Shown here in pieces: positions 47,970 through 57,131 of a stretch of 64,000 nt of DNA. Both the position numbers and the translations under genes were made by a program. Source of the stretch: Terriglobia bacterium (lineage in GTDB: Bacteria > Acidobacteriota > Terriglobia > 20CM-2-55-15); contig CAXWPJ010000010.1 of NCBI GenBank assembly GCA_963664115.2, positions 508,438 through 572,437 on the forward strand, in the 5' to 3' direction. Below the pieces are notes generated by a model. That model made no database searches. It saw nothing but the letters and a program-made list of their open reading frames with translations, and had not been told where the DNA came from. Numbering within the stretch: position 1 is the stretch's first letter; every line of letters starts with the position of its first letter.

Positions 47970-49437
47970 TACTACTGTGTTACAAAATGACGAGCTTGTG
48001 TTAGCATTGGCACATGAGCGCCAAAACGAAGGCGCCAGGCACTCAGGAAGAACGTTTTGCGGCCTATATGGAACGCCTGGCGTCGGCCGCCGGACACGCC
48101 GACCGTCATGAACCGCTGAAGTGGTACTGCAAGGGATTGCTGCTGCCAATCAAGCGCAAGAGCGTGGAGCCGATGGCGGCGCGATTGGCTCCGGATAATG
48201 TGCGCCAAATGCATCAGTCGCTGCATCACCTGGTGGCGGATGCCCCCTGGGAGGATGCGGCCATATTGCGACAAGTCCGGGAGTCGACGTTGCCGGGGAT
48301 GGAAGCGCACGGTCCGATTGAATCGTGGATTGTCGACGACACCGGATTCGTGAAGAAGGGGACCCACTCGGTAGGTGTGGCCCGGCAATACTGTGGACAG
48401 GTCGGCAAGCAGGAGAACTGCCGGGTGGCGGTCAGTCTGTCGGTAGCGACGGCGAAATCGAGTCTGCCCGTGGCATGGCGGCTGTACCTGCCGAAGCTTT
48501 GGGCGAACGATGCCGAACGCCGCAAGAAGACCGGTGTCCCCGACGCGGTTGGATTCCAGACCAAAATTGCGATTGCTCTGGACCAAATCCGACAGGCGAT
48601 TGCGGACGGTGTGGGGACGGCTCCCGTGTTGGCCGATGCCGCCTACGGCAACGACAGTAAGTTTCGCGCGACGATTACCGCACTGGGGCTGCCTTATGTG
48701 GTTGGCATCCAATCCTCGACCTCGGTCTGGGAGCCCGGTCGGCAACCCCTGCCCAAGAAGTCGTGGACCGGCCAGGGGCGCCCGCCGACGCTGTTGAGGC
48801 GTCACAAGAAGCATCGTCCTGTTTCGGTCAAACAACTGGCTCTCTCCTTGCCTCGACAAAAATGGAAGAACGTGTCCTGGCGCGAAGGCACGGCCGACAC
48901 GTTGCGCTCCCGCTTCGCCGCAATCCGGATTCGCACGGCTCATCGCGATCATGAGCGCCACGAGCCCCATCCGGAAGAATGGTTGTTGATCGAATGGCCC
49001 AAGACCGAATCCGAACCGGTTCAATACTGGCTCTCCAGTCTCGGGACCAATACCTCTCTTTCAAATCTGGTCTATCGGGCCAAGCATCGCTGGATCATCG
49101 AACGCGACTATCAGGAACTCAAGCAGGAACTCGGACTGGGCCATTACGAAGGTCGCGGCTGGCGTGGATTTCACCACCATGGCGCTTTATGCATCGCAGC
49201 TTATGGGTTCCTGGTCGCTGAGCGGAACCGTTTTTCCCCCTCTGCATTTGTCACGCATGTTGGACTATCCGTCCCCCAACTCCCCAGACACTTCAAACCC
49301 CGCGGAGCCCCGGATCCGGCCCGAGCGACATAATCCGTGCTCGATCGCCTCACTTCGCATTCGCATCGCACGATTCCTCATCCAGCAGCTCCCGTGCTGT
49401 CCGCTCTGTGGGCCGCTTCGTTTGTAACACAGTAGTA
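47970..49437 (+). mobile_element. IS701-family insertion sequence
   Basis: Perfect 17-bp IRs TACTACTGTGTTACAAA / TTTGTAACACAGTAGTA; CTAG on both sides (47966-47969, 49438-49441). Confidence 0.93.
48014..49333 (+). CDS. IS701-family transposase
   Basis: VDDTGFVKKGTHSVGVARQYCG, ADAAYG, RWIIERDYQELKQELGL. Confidence 0.95.
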   Translation: MSAKTKAPGTQEERFAAYMERLASAAGHADRHEPLKWYCKGLLLPIKRKSVEPMAARLAPDNVRQMHQSLHHLVADAPWEDAAILRQVRESTLPGMEAHGPIESWIVDDTGFVKKGTHSVGVARQYCGQVGKQENCRVAVSLSVATAKSSLPVAWRLYLPKLWANDAERRKKTGVPDAVGFQTKIAIALDQIRQAIADGVGTAPVLADAAYGNDSKFRATITALGLPYVVGIQSSTSVWEPGRQPLPKKSWTGQGRPPTLLRRHKKHRPVSVKQLALSLPRQKWKNVSWREGTADTLRSRFAAIRIRTAHRDHERHEPHPEEWLLIEWPKTESEPVQYWLSSLGTNTSLSNLVYRAKHRWIIERDYQELKQELGLGHYEGRGWRGFHHHGALCIAAYGFLVAERNRFSPSAFVTHVGLSVPQLPRHFKPRGAPDPARAT

Positions 49438-50217
49438 CTAGAGCCGCGGTGGGGGAACCTGGTTCCGCCGCACGCGGGACTGGTGAAATTGTTCGCTGCC
49501 AACGATGCCCACTACGAACACGTGCTCGACGAAATGCGATCGCTCACGCCGCACTTTGAGCGGATCGCCAAGACGTTCACCGCCGAGACCGCTCCAGAGC
49601 CGGGATGGGTCGGCGGACCGATCAACGCCATCGATACGGCGCTCCTGTACTACTTCGTCAGCTCGTACAAGCCGAAGACGTATCTCGAGATCGGATCCGG
49701 AGTGACGACTTGCTTCACCCGACGTGCGGTGCAGGACCATGCCCTGTCGACGAAGATCATATCGATCGACCCCCAACCCCGATCCGAAATCGACTCCATT
49801 TGCGACGAGGTTGTGCGAGTGGCGTTCGAGGAGGCCGACCTGTCAATCTTCGACTCGCTAGAGCCGGGGGATATCGTGTTTATGGACGGCAGTCACCGAT
49901 GCTTCATGAATTCCGACGTCACCGTGTTCATGCTGGACGTGGTTCCCAAACTGAATAAAGGTGTCATCGTCCACATCCACGACATCCTTTTGCCACTCGA
50001 CTACCCATCGTTTTTCACGGACTGGTACTGGAGCGAGCAGTACGTCGTAGCCGCCTATCTCCTGGGCGCACGTGAACGGATCGAGATGGTGATGCCCTCG
50101 GCCTATGTGTCTCAGACCGAACAATTCCAGGAGACCTTGGCCCGACCGTTCGTCGACCTCGGAGGGGCGAACGAACAGTGGCGCTACGGTGGGTCGCTGT
50201 GGTTCACGCACCGCTAG
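49438..50217 (+). pseudogene. Class I SAM methyltransferase, 5'-truncated at the IS701 end
   Basis: LEIGSG, SIDP, FMDGSH, HIHDI, WSEQY; no native start before the IS boundary. Confidence 0.75.
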
Positions 50218-50338
50218 GAGTCTGTTTCTCATAACAGTGAAGCGGGTGATGTGAGTCTCGTGACAGGTCTGACACTCTCCACTTAGGATGGCGAGAACGC
50301 GGGCGAATCTATCCGTCCCCAAAACGGACGAAGCGGAA

Positions 50339-50422
50339 AAGCGGTATAAGCAGGGTCTGACGACTATGGCAGCGTTGTCAATGTTGTCGTATGGGTGTTA
50401 TGTCAACCCGCGCGTGGCCACA
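50339..50422 (+). repeat. 84-bp direct repeat, copy 1
   Basis: 79/84 identical to 54067-54150. Confidence 0.92.
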
Positions 50423-50456
50423 CGCGGCGGCTCGGAAAGGCCGTAACCGTCTCATC

Positions 50457-50483
50457 GGGGCTGGGCACATGACGCCCAGCCCC
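50457..50483 (-). terminator. GC hairpin downstream of the OsmC-like gene
   Basis: GGGGCTGGGC-N7-GCCCAGCCCC; no clear U tract. Confidence 0.55.
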
Positions 50484-50491
50484 TCTCCGTC

Positions 50492-51061
50492 CTATGACTG
50501 CAGCACTGCGACCGAAGCATCGATATTGACCGGTTGGAGGATGGTATTGCGAACGGGCGAGTACTCGAACAAGTCTTGCAGATCCTCTGCATCAGCGTCC
50601 GCTTTGACTTTGAAACTGGCTCGAATGTTTTGATAACCCGGACGGACCGTTTCATTCAGGCCCAGGAATCCCTGCAGATCAAGGTCTCCTTCAAAACGGG
50701 ACTCAACGGACTCTATCGTGATTCCGCGAGCCGCAGCGTGGTAGACCAGGGTCGTCGTCATACAGGCAGCCAGCGCATGTAGAAGATACTCCACCGGATT
50801 GGCACCTCGATCGGTGCCCAGGAGTACATCCGGCTCGTCAGCATCCAGAACAAATGATGCCGTCCTGGAAACATCCTCAGCACCGACTCCGTAGAAGCCC
50901 TTGATTGCGGATCGGTTATGACCTCCAGTGAGCCACTGGTTGCTGGCACGGAACTTGAAACTCGCTAATTCCGGTTGCGCCTTGACAGCATCGACTGTTT
51001 CTCCGAGGCGTGTCACGTCAACTCCGTTGATTACAGTCTGCTTCGTTATCGCTTTACTCAT
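50492..51061 (-). CDS. OsmC-family protein
   Basis: NGVDV, ADEPDVLLGTD, NPVEYLLHALAAC, GFLGL, SPV. Confidence 0.9.
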   Translation of the reverse strand: MSKAITKQTVINGVDVTRLGETVDAVKAQPELASFKFRASNQWLTGGHNRSAIKGFYGVGAEDVSRTASFVLDADEPDVLLGTDRGANPVEYLLHALAACMTTTLVYHAAARGITIESVESRFEGDLDLQGFLGLNETVRPGYQNIRASFKVKADADAEDLQDLFEYSPVRNTILQPVNIDASVAVLQS

Positions 51062-51085
51062 GATTGTTTCCTCTTTCAGTTAATA

Positions 51086-51103
51086 AGACAGACCTGTCTG
51101 TCT
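51086..51103. promoter_or_regulatory. TetR operator candidate upstream of the OsmC-like gene
   Basis: AGACAGAC-CT-GTCTGTCT palindrome; matches 51745-51758. Confidence 0.75.
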
Positions 51104-51131
51104 CTATTTGAGACTAAAAAAATGTCTTACT

Positions 51132-51725
51132 CTAGTGAATCAGCCGCCTCACAGCTTCGACTCCCTGTTTGATCGGCCAAATGTCGTGGCTGATTTCGGC
51201 GAGCGCGATCGCGCCAGTAAGAACGACCATGTAGTCGTCGGCCAAAGTTTGAGCGTGCAGATGGCCATAGCGCTTCGGCTTGGATTTGATCAGTTCGCCG
51301 GCGAGTTCCTTCACTCTGGTTCGGAGCCTGGCGTAATGGAGCTCGCCCTCTTTCCTCAGTGGGCTACCAGCATCAGGAACCTCGGGTACCATGTTCAGAA
51401 ACCCACAACCCTTCATTCCATTACCTATAATCCACGGTTCGAGCGACTCGATGACAGCAAGAAACCGATCAACGGGCCGCGCCTTTGTACTGATGTAATC
51501 TTCGATTTCGGCTAATTCCTTGCCGTTCCGATTCTTCAGGTATGCCAGACATAAATCATCCTTCGTCGAGAAGTGGCTATAAAAAGTCGCCTTGGCCACC
51601 CCCGCTTTTTCTATGACTTCATTTATTCCCGTCGCCCGATAACCCTGCTGGTAGAACAAATCTGAGGCCGTAAACAGAATTCGGTCGTATGCGGAACCTG
51701 TCGGTTTGATTTTCTTTTGACTCAC
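51132..51725 (-). CDS. TetR/AcrR-family regulator
   Basis: GYRATGINEVI..AGVAKATFYSHF.TKDDL, GCGFLN; start GTG 51725 or ATG 51734. Confidence 0.92.
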   Translation of the reverse strand: MSQKKIKPTGSAYDRILFTASDLFYQQGYRATGINEVIEKAGVAKATFYSHFSTKDDLCLAYLKNRNGKELAEIEDYISTKARPVDRFLAVIESLEPWIIGNGMKGCGFLNMVPEVPDAGSPLRKEGELHYARLRTRVKELAGELIKSKPKRYGHLHAQTLADDYMVVLTGAIALAEISHDIWPIKQGVEAVRRLIH

Positions 51726-51744
51726 AGGCAACATCCTACATAAC

Positions 51745-51758
51745 ACAGACCGGTCTGT
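51745..51758. promoter_or_regulatory. TetR auto-operator within the promoter
   Basis: Perfect palindrome ACAGACCGGTCTGT within minus-strand TAGACA-N17-TAGGAT. Confidence 0.75.
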
Positions 51759-51859
51759 CTACTTCTTTATACTCTTTTTTCGCTTGCAAAGAAACTGGGG
51801 TTCGAAGGAATTCCAGCTCGTCACGCATGGACGAGGTAAGACGGGCTGGGGAAAACGTG

Positions 51860-53917
51860 CTAGCCCGCGGGAAATCCCTTGTCCCGCAAGAGTGCCGCTA
51901 TGTTCGCATCCCTGCCGCGAAACGTTCTATAGGCTTCGGCCGGGTCCACGGAGTTCTGCGGCGCAAACAGATTGTCTACGAGCTTGCGGGCCAGGTCCTT
52001 GTCATAGAAACCGCCCGGGGCTTCGGCGAATGCTTCTGCGGCGTCCGCGGTCAGGACATCCGCCCACATGTATCCGTAATACCCGGCCGAGTAGCCCTCG
52101 CTGGAGAAGGCATGACCAAACTGCGTACTGCGGTGGCGCATGACAAGTTCTTCAGGCATGTTCAACTCTGTCAGGACCTCGCGTTCGAAGTCCCCCGGAT
52201 CGATGCCGGTCGGATCGACCGTGTGGTATCGCATGTCCACCAGCGCACAAGCCAGATATTCGGTCGTCGCAAATCCCTGGTTGAAGGTGGCTGCCTTGCG
52301 AATCTTGGCCACGAGTTCTTTCGGGATCGGTGCACCGGTTTCATGATGCAAGAGAAAATTGTCGGTGACCTCCTCGCTCAGAAGCCAGCGTTCCATTAGC
52401 TGCGACTGAAACTCGATGTAATCACGGAGGGCGCCGTTCAATGTCGGATAATCGACTCGAGAGGAAAAGTAGTGCAGCGCGTGCCCGAACTCGTGGAACA
52501 GTGTCCGGGCGTCGTCCCAGGAAATCAGGACGGGCTCGCCCGGGGGCCCCTTGATGAAGTTGGAATTGTTCGATCCGAGAACCGTCCGTTCCCCTTCGAA
52601 ATCTTCGTGGTGGCGATACGTGGTGGCCCAGGCGCCGGACTGCTTGCCGGGGCGAGAATAAGGATCCAGATACCACAGGCCGATGTGACTTCCCGTATCC
52701 TTGTCGGCGACTTCCCAAACGCGAACCTCATCGTGGAAGACAGGCACCGATCCTTTGGGAACGGCTGAAAAGTTGTAGTTGAACAGCTCTCCCGCAACGA
52801 AGAACATCGCCTCCCGCAGCTTGTCCAGTTGCAGGTAGTGCCGTACCTGATCTGAATCCAGGGCATAGCGGGATTCGCGCACTTTTTCGGCGTAGTAGCG
52901 GTAGTCCCACGGTGCGATCCTGATACCGGCATCCTCGGAATCCGCCAGCGCCTGCATGTCGGCCACTTCCTCGGAAACACGGGCAAGCGCTGCAGGCCAT
53001 ACGGCTTCCATCAATTCGACGGCGCGATCCGGTGTTTGGGCCATTCGGTTTTCCAAACGCCACGTCGCGTAGTTCGGAAAACCGACGAGTCCCACACGCT
53101 CGTGTCGCAGTTCGAGAATTTCGGCAATGATCGCATTGTTGTCGTGCGCGTCACCGTTGTTGCCGCGGTCGTAGTACGTACGCCACACCTTTTCACGCAG
53201 ATCGCGCTCAGCAGAATAGATCAGGAACGGTTCCATTGAGGACCGCGTGTTAGTGACGGCGTACTCCCCGTCGTGCCCGCGCTCTGTCGCTGCAGCAGCC
53301 GCGGCTTCGACGAACGAGCGGGGTAAACCGGCGAGTTGTTCCTTGGCCAGGTAGTGGACGTAGCCTTCCTCGTCCGCCAGGACATTGTTCGAGAAGCGTG
53401 CGTGGAGTGACGCGAGGCGCTGATTAATGGCGGAGTAGCGCTTTCTGGCATCGCCCTGGAGTGTCGCTCCGTTTCGCGCGAAGTTATCGTAGATCAGCCA
53501 GACGAGCCGTTGGTGTCGGGCACTCAAACCGACCCTCTCGTTTCCTTCGTAGACGGCTTTGACGCGGGCGACCAGCTTCTCGTTTTGTATGATTCTGGAT
53601 TTGAATTCCGCGAGTCGAGGGGCCATCTCCTGTTCGATCTCCCGGAACTCGGGCGTCGACAAGTTCGCGCTCCAGACTCCAAAGAACGGGAACACTCTAT
53701 CCAGCAACCGTCCCGACGATTCTATGGCGACGATGGTGTTTTCGAATGTCGGCGGGTCGGGGTTAGTCGCGATCGATTCCATCTCGTCCAGACTCGCCGC
53801 CATCCCAGCCTCAAGGGCTGGCTTCAGGTCTTCGAGGTCCATACGATGAAACGGCGGTACGCCGCTGTATGGGCCTGTCCATTCCTGGAGAAGTGCATTC
53901 GATTCAGCGTTACTCAT
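51860..53917 (-). CDS. M3 family metallopeptidase (peptidyl-dipeptidase Dcp-like)
   Basis: TFENT, KQSGAW, FHEFGHALH, EFQSQLME, YSAGYYGYMWA, FRGRD. Confidence 0.93.
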   Translation of the reverse strand: MSNAESNALLQEWTGPYSGVPPFHRMDLEDLKPALEAGMAASLDEMESIATNPDPPTFENTIVAIESSGRLLDRVFPFFGVWSANLSTPEFREIEQEMAPRLAEFKSRIIQNEKLVARVKAVYEGNERVGLSARHQRLVWLIYDNFARNGATLQGDARKRYSAINQRLASLHARFSNNVLADEEGYVHYLAKEQLAGLPRSFVEAAAAAATERGHDGEYAVTNTRSSMEPFLIYSAERDLREKVWRTYYDRGNNGDAHDNNAIIAEILELRHERVGLVGFPNYATWRLENRMAQTPDRAVELMEAVWPAALARVSEEVADMQALADSEDAGIRIAPWDYRYYAEKVRESRYALDSDQVRHYLQLDKLREAMFFVAGELFNYNFSAVPKGSVPVFHDEVRVWEVADKDTGSHIGLWYLDPYSRPGKQSGAWATTYRHHEDFEGERTVLGSNNSNFIKGPPGEPVLISWDDARTLFHEFGHALHYFSSRVDYPTLNGALRDYIEFQSQLMERWLLSEEVTDNFLLHHETGAPIPKELVAKIRKAATFNQGFATTEYLACALVDMRYHTVDPTGIDPGDFEREVLTELNMPEELVMRHRSTQFGHAFSSEGYSAGYYGYMWADVLTADAAEAFAEAPGGFYDKDLARKLVDNLFAPQNSVDPAEAYRTFRGRDANIAALLRDKGFPAG

Positions 53918-54066
53918 TGGCTCCGATTATACGGCCAGGCGATCCGCGTCACGACTCCAGGTTCTTCTGAATGTAGTGGGTGGTCTCGTGGAACTCTGAC
54001 GACATAGGTCCCGGCAATCGTGTCGTGCCACGACTGCCGTTCGGGATCTGTCAGGTCGTGGCGAAT

Positions 54067-54150
54067 AAGCAGTATAAGCAGGGTCTGACGACTATGGCAG
54101 CGCTGTCAATGTCGTCGTATGGGTGTTATGTCAAACCGCGCGCGGCCACA
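54067..54150 (+). repeat. 84-bp direct repeat, copy 2
   Basis: 79/84 identical to 50339-50422. Confidence 0.92.
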
Positions 54151-54357
54151 GGCTGTCGGCCCTGGTGAAGTAGCTCGGCCTTTTGGAAACTTGCCCGATT
54201 CCCCACCGAGTCGCCATGCCAAGCGGCAAATTATTGCTGCCGTGGATGCTCGCTTGAGAAACGACTTGTTCGCATCCTCAAGATGATCCGATCGGGCCCG
54301 GACGCAACTGTTAAGTTGCGAACTTCCAACTCGTGAGACGCGCAGCCAACCTGGAGC

Positions 54358-55248
54358 TCAGTCGAGTTCCTTGGGAAGGGGTGTCGGATTCCTGGGGTCC
54401 GGTGGGTTCGTGACCGACTTGATGCAGGTCAGCGCCCAGCCGTGGATGACGTTATTGCTTCCGATGTAACCGCCGTCTGAATAAAGCCAGGAATTACCAT
54501 CGCGGTCAGTGAGAACACCGCCGGCCTGTTCCAGGATAAGTCCCGGGGCCGCGACGTCCCAGATTGTGAGATCGAGGTGCCAGTAGAGGTGGGTTCGTCC
54601 CGCCGCTACGTAGCAGATGCCCAGAGCCGGTGATCCCATCAGGTTGCAGTCTATGACCTGGTTTTCCATCATTCCCAGGATCAATTTGGTTTGTGCGCGA
54701 AGCTCACCGCTGCCGGCCCAGTCCGCCCCGATCATCGCGTTGTTCCAGGCTTCCTGACCCTCCAGTATTTGCCGCACAACGATGATTTCGTTATTGAGCC
54801 GAGCCGGCGTCTTCGGAGTTGCCTCGAACATTTCGTCCCGGCACGGGTCATAGACGACACCGACGAGGATATCGCCCCCCGCACGCAGAGCTATGGTGAT
54901 CCCGAAGTGCGGGACGCCGTGTGCGAAGTTCAGGCTGCCTGAGGCGGAATCCACAATCCAGAGTTCAGGCTTGTCGACCGGTACCGCGGCATCTTCGGGG
55001 CCTAGTTTCGCCAGAATCCCGGCATCGGGGAATTCAGCCGAGAGTGTGGCGACAATCGCCTCCTGAGCTTCTAGTGATGCTTCTGTTTCGACGTCGCGGC
55101 GCTGGGTCCATTTCAAATATCCCGGATCCGAAAGGCGAGCCCGTGCAATTTTGCCGCCCTCGCGCGCTGCACGCTTGGCCACCTCGAGCGCGTGGTTGAT
55201 GTCTGAGAGTTCCATAGCTTGAGGGGACTGGCTTGAGGGGACGGACAC
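54358..55248 (-). CDS. Inositol monophosphatase-family protein with degenerate active site
   Basis: NFAHGVPHF, GVVYDP, GSPAL..YVAAGR, WDVAA; DPIDGT replaced by DSASGS; start may be 55215. Confidence 0.85.
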   Translation of the reverse strand: MSVPSSQSPQAMELSDINHALEVAKRAAREGGKIARARLSDPGYLKWTQRRDVETEASLEAQEAIVATLSAEFPDAGILAKLGPEDAAVPVDKPELWIVDSASGSLNFAHGVPHFGITIALRAGGDILVGVVYDPCRDEMFEATPKTPARLNNEIIVVRQILEGQEAWNNAMIGADWAGSGELRAQTKLILGMMENQVIDCNLMGSPALGICYVAAGRTHLYWHLDLTIWDVAAPGLILEQAGGVLTDRDGNSWLYSDGGYIGSNNVIHGWALTCIKSVTNPPDPRNPTPLPKELD

Positions 55249-55312
55249 TTCATAATTCGAATGCCTGAGTCATACGGATCCCGGATTATGAAGTGTCCGT
55301 CCCCTGCAGTGA

Positions 55313-56200
55313 CTATTGTTCGTTGTACAGATCGGGAGTCGGATCGTCAGAGTACGGATTGTTGGAGGTTTGATACAGCTCTTTCAATCCTGTTTCGGGA
55401 TCGCAGTCCCAGGCGTTGATGGGTTCCTGGTCCGTCTTCTCCAGCATTCCGGTGAAGACGAACGGTGCCGTCAAAAAGAGTGGATCTTCCACCGTGATCT
55501 CCAGTTCCATTGTGTCGATTCCGGTCAGTGTGTATCGCTCGGTATATCGTGCCATGTGGGATCGTGCAATGTGCGACTGGTCGTCGTAGCCGTCGGGATC
55601 CCAGGTGAAGTTGGTGGTTTCCACTACTAAGGTATCGCCGTCCATCCAGCCTAAGGAGTGCCCGTGAGAAAAGGACTCGGTGGCCGGCGGGTGCTTCCGT
55701 CCGTCTGTCCAGACCCAGCGCCACCAGTTGGATTGTTCGTAGTGCATGACAAGAGCGTCTGGTCGAGTGGAGAAAGTTCTCAAATAGCCCTCGGTCAGGA
55801 CAGTGCCAAGACTTGCCGCGCCGCAGGTCCACTTCGGTGAAAGCGCTTCGTCGCCTCCGGAAAATTCCAGCCAGGCGCGTCCGCGTCCGTTCAGCAGCGC
55901 TTCCAATTCGTCGGTCGGCCATTGACAGATGGGACGACCTGCCTGTCCCTGTCCCCCTCCGAAGACGAGGGGATCGCCGTAGGAATCTGTACGGGTCCCG
56001 CAACTCTGTCTCGGAGTCCGCCAGTCCCAGGTGCCGACGAACGAAAAAGGAATCTCCGAGATTGTCGGGATACGGTCCAGATCAAAGACTTGGGCCGATG
56101 TATCCCTTGGGCTGGCTGCAATGATCAGGGCCAGCAGGGCGGCGGACATGGCTGTGCGCCATAGGCGTGATGGAGCCTGTGTTTCAACTATAGAGGCCAT
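55313..56200 (-). CDS. Exported protein of the DUF6152-partner family
   Basis: GGAG SD; signal peptide; FVGTW, WTC, WTDGRKHP, GHSLGWMDGDTLVVET, ERY, VEDP, WDC. Confidence 0.85.
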   Translation of the reverse strand: MASIVETQAPSRLWRTAMSAALLALIIAASPRDTSAQVFDLDRIPTISEIPFSFVGTWDWRTPRQSCGTRTDSYGDPLVFGGGQGQAGRPICQWPTDELEALLNGRGRAWLEFSGGDEALSPKWTCGAASLGTVLTEGYLRTFSTRPDALVMHYEQSNWWRWVWTDGRKHPPATESFSHGHSLGWMDGDTLVVETTNFTWDPDGYDDQSHIARSHMARYTERYTLTGIDTMELEITVEDPLFLTAPFVFTGMLEKTDQEPINAWDCDPETGLKELYQTSNNPYSDDPTPDLYNEQ

Positions 56201-56493
56201 GGTCGTTCTCCATTGTTCCGAGCTTTGAGACGTTATCTGCTTGGGTTCGTGGGGATGGCAAATCCTTGCGTGCTGTATACCCCTTGCTCTGGTACCTGTC
56301 AAGCGAGCGACGTTCTTCCGTAGTGGGTCTGATTGGTCAGCTCTAAACGGGACTTCGAAGCAGGCGGCGCCCCTGATCTCAAGACTGCAATCACGGTTTC
56401 GTAGAGTGTGATCAACGTCGATCTTGACAGGTGTTCAAATTAGAGGTACCAATGGCCCTGCAATCTTCGCCCCTGACGATGGGAGATAGAACA

Positions 56494-56904
56494 TTGAAAT
56501 TTATTAGCTCTGGTTTTCTGGCTGGTACGGTTCTCGCTCTTGTCCTGACCATGCCTGTCGAGGCGCACCACTCGTTCACGAATTTCTGGCAGATGGACCG
56601 AACGGTCATGATCACCGGAGTTGTCAAATCGCTCAAGCTGGTCAACCCCCACCCGGAAATGGTGGTCGAAGTGACCACTGAAAGCGGTGCGGTCGAGACA
56701 TGGACCATTACCGGGCGAGCCACGGGTACCGGAATACTGCGGGCAGGCTGGAATGTCGATACTGTGCCTGTGGGCGTAACCGTGACCGTTGATGGGAACC
56801 CGTCTCGGAGAGAGGGCGCGCGAGCTCTGGCTGCCGGAAGAATCATTTTTGAAGATGGCAACGAGGTTTGGTTCGGGGGAGGCGGAGGTATCCCTGCAGG
56901 ATAG
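56494..56904 (+). CDS. DUF6152-family exported protein
   Basis: GGGAG SD before TTG; signal peptide ending VEA-HHS; LVNPH. Confidence 0.85.
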   Translation: MKFISSGFLAGTVLALVLTMPVEAHHSFTNFWQMDRTVMITGVVKSLKLVNPHPEMVVEVTTESGAVETWTITGRATGTGILRAGWNVDTVPVGVTVTVDGNPSRREGARALAAGRIIFEDGNEVWFGGGGGIPAG

Positions 56905-57048
56905 CCGCAAAGAATTTAAGAGTTATGAGTGACACGTTGAAGATTCCTGCCCCAACTCTCGTTATTAACTCGTAAATCTAAACCGTCGAAATCGGCCGTC
57001 CAAATAGCCGATGGTTACCTGCCTTCTGAAGTCGGGAACTCCCTAAAA

Positions 57049-57131
57049 CAGCCGTGGTGAAAGTCGCTGAAAGCTGTCGGAGCGGTCTATGACCGCCCCT
57101 ACATTCTGGATTCGACTTTAAGCGCGGGCCC
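57049..57131. repeat. Miniature element with ends resembling the IS at 46481-47965 and an internal GTAG-type REP palindrome
   Basis: Left end CAGCC-GTGGTGAAAGTCG (18/19 to the IS IR); right end CGACTTTAAGCGCGGGCCC (14/19). Confidence 0.5.

Noticed and set aside
50229-50403. Integron attC site (TCATAAC ... GTTATGT)
   Set aside because: Span of about 175 bp is too long, internal pairing is poor, it is not reproduced at copy 2, and there is no intI in the window
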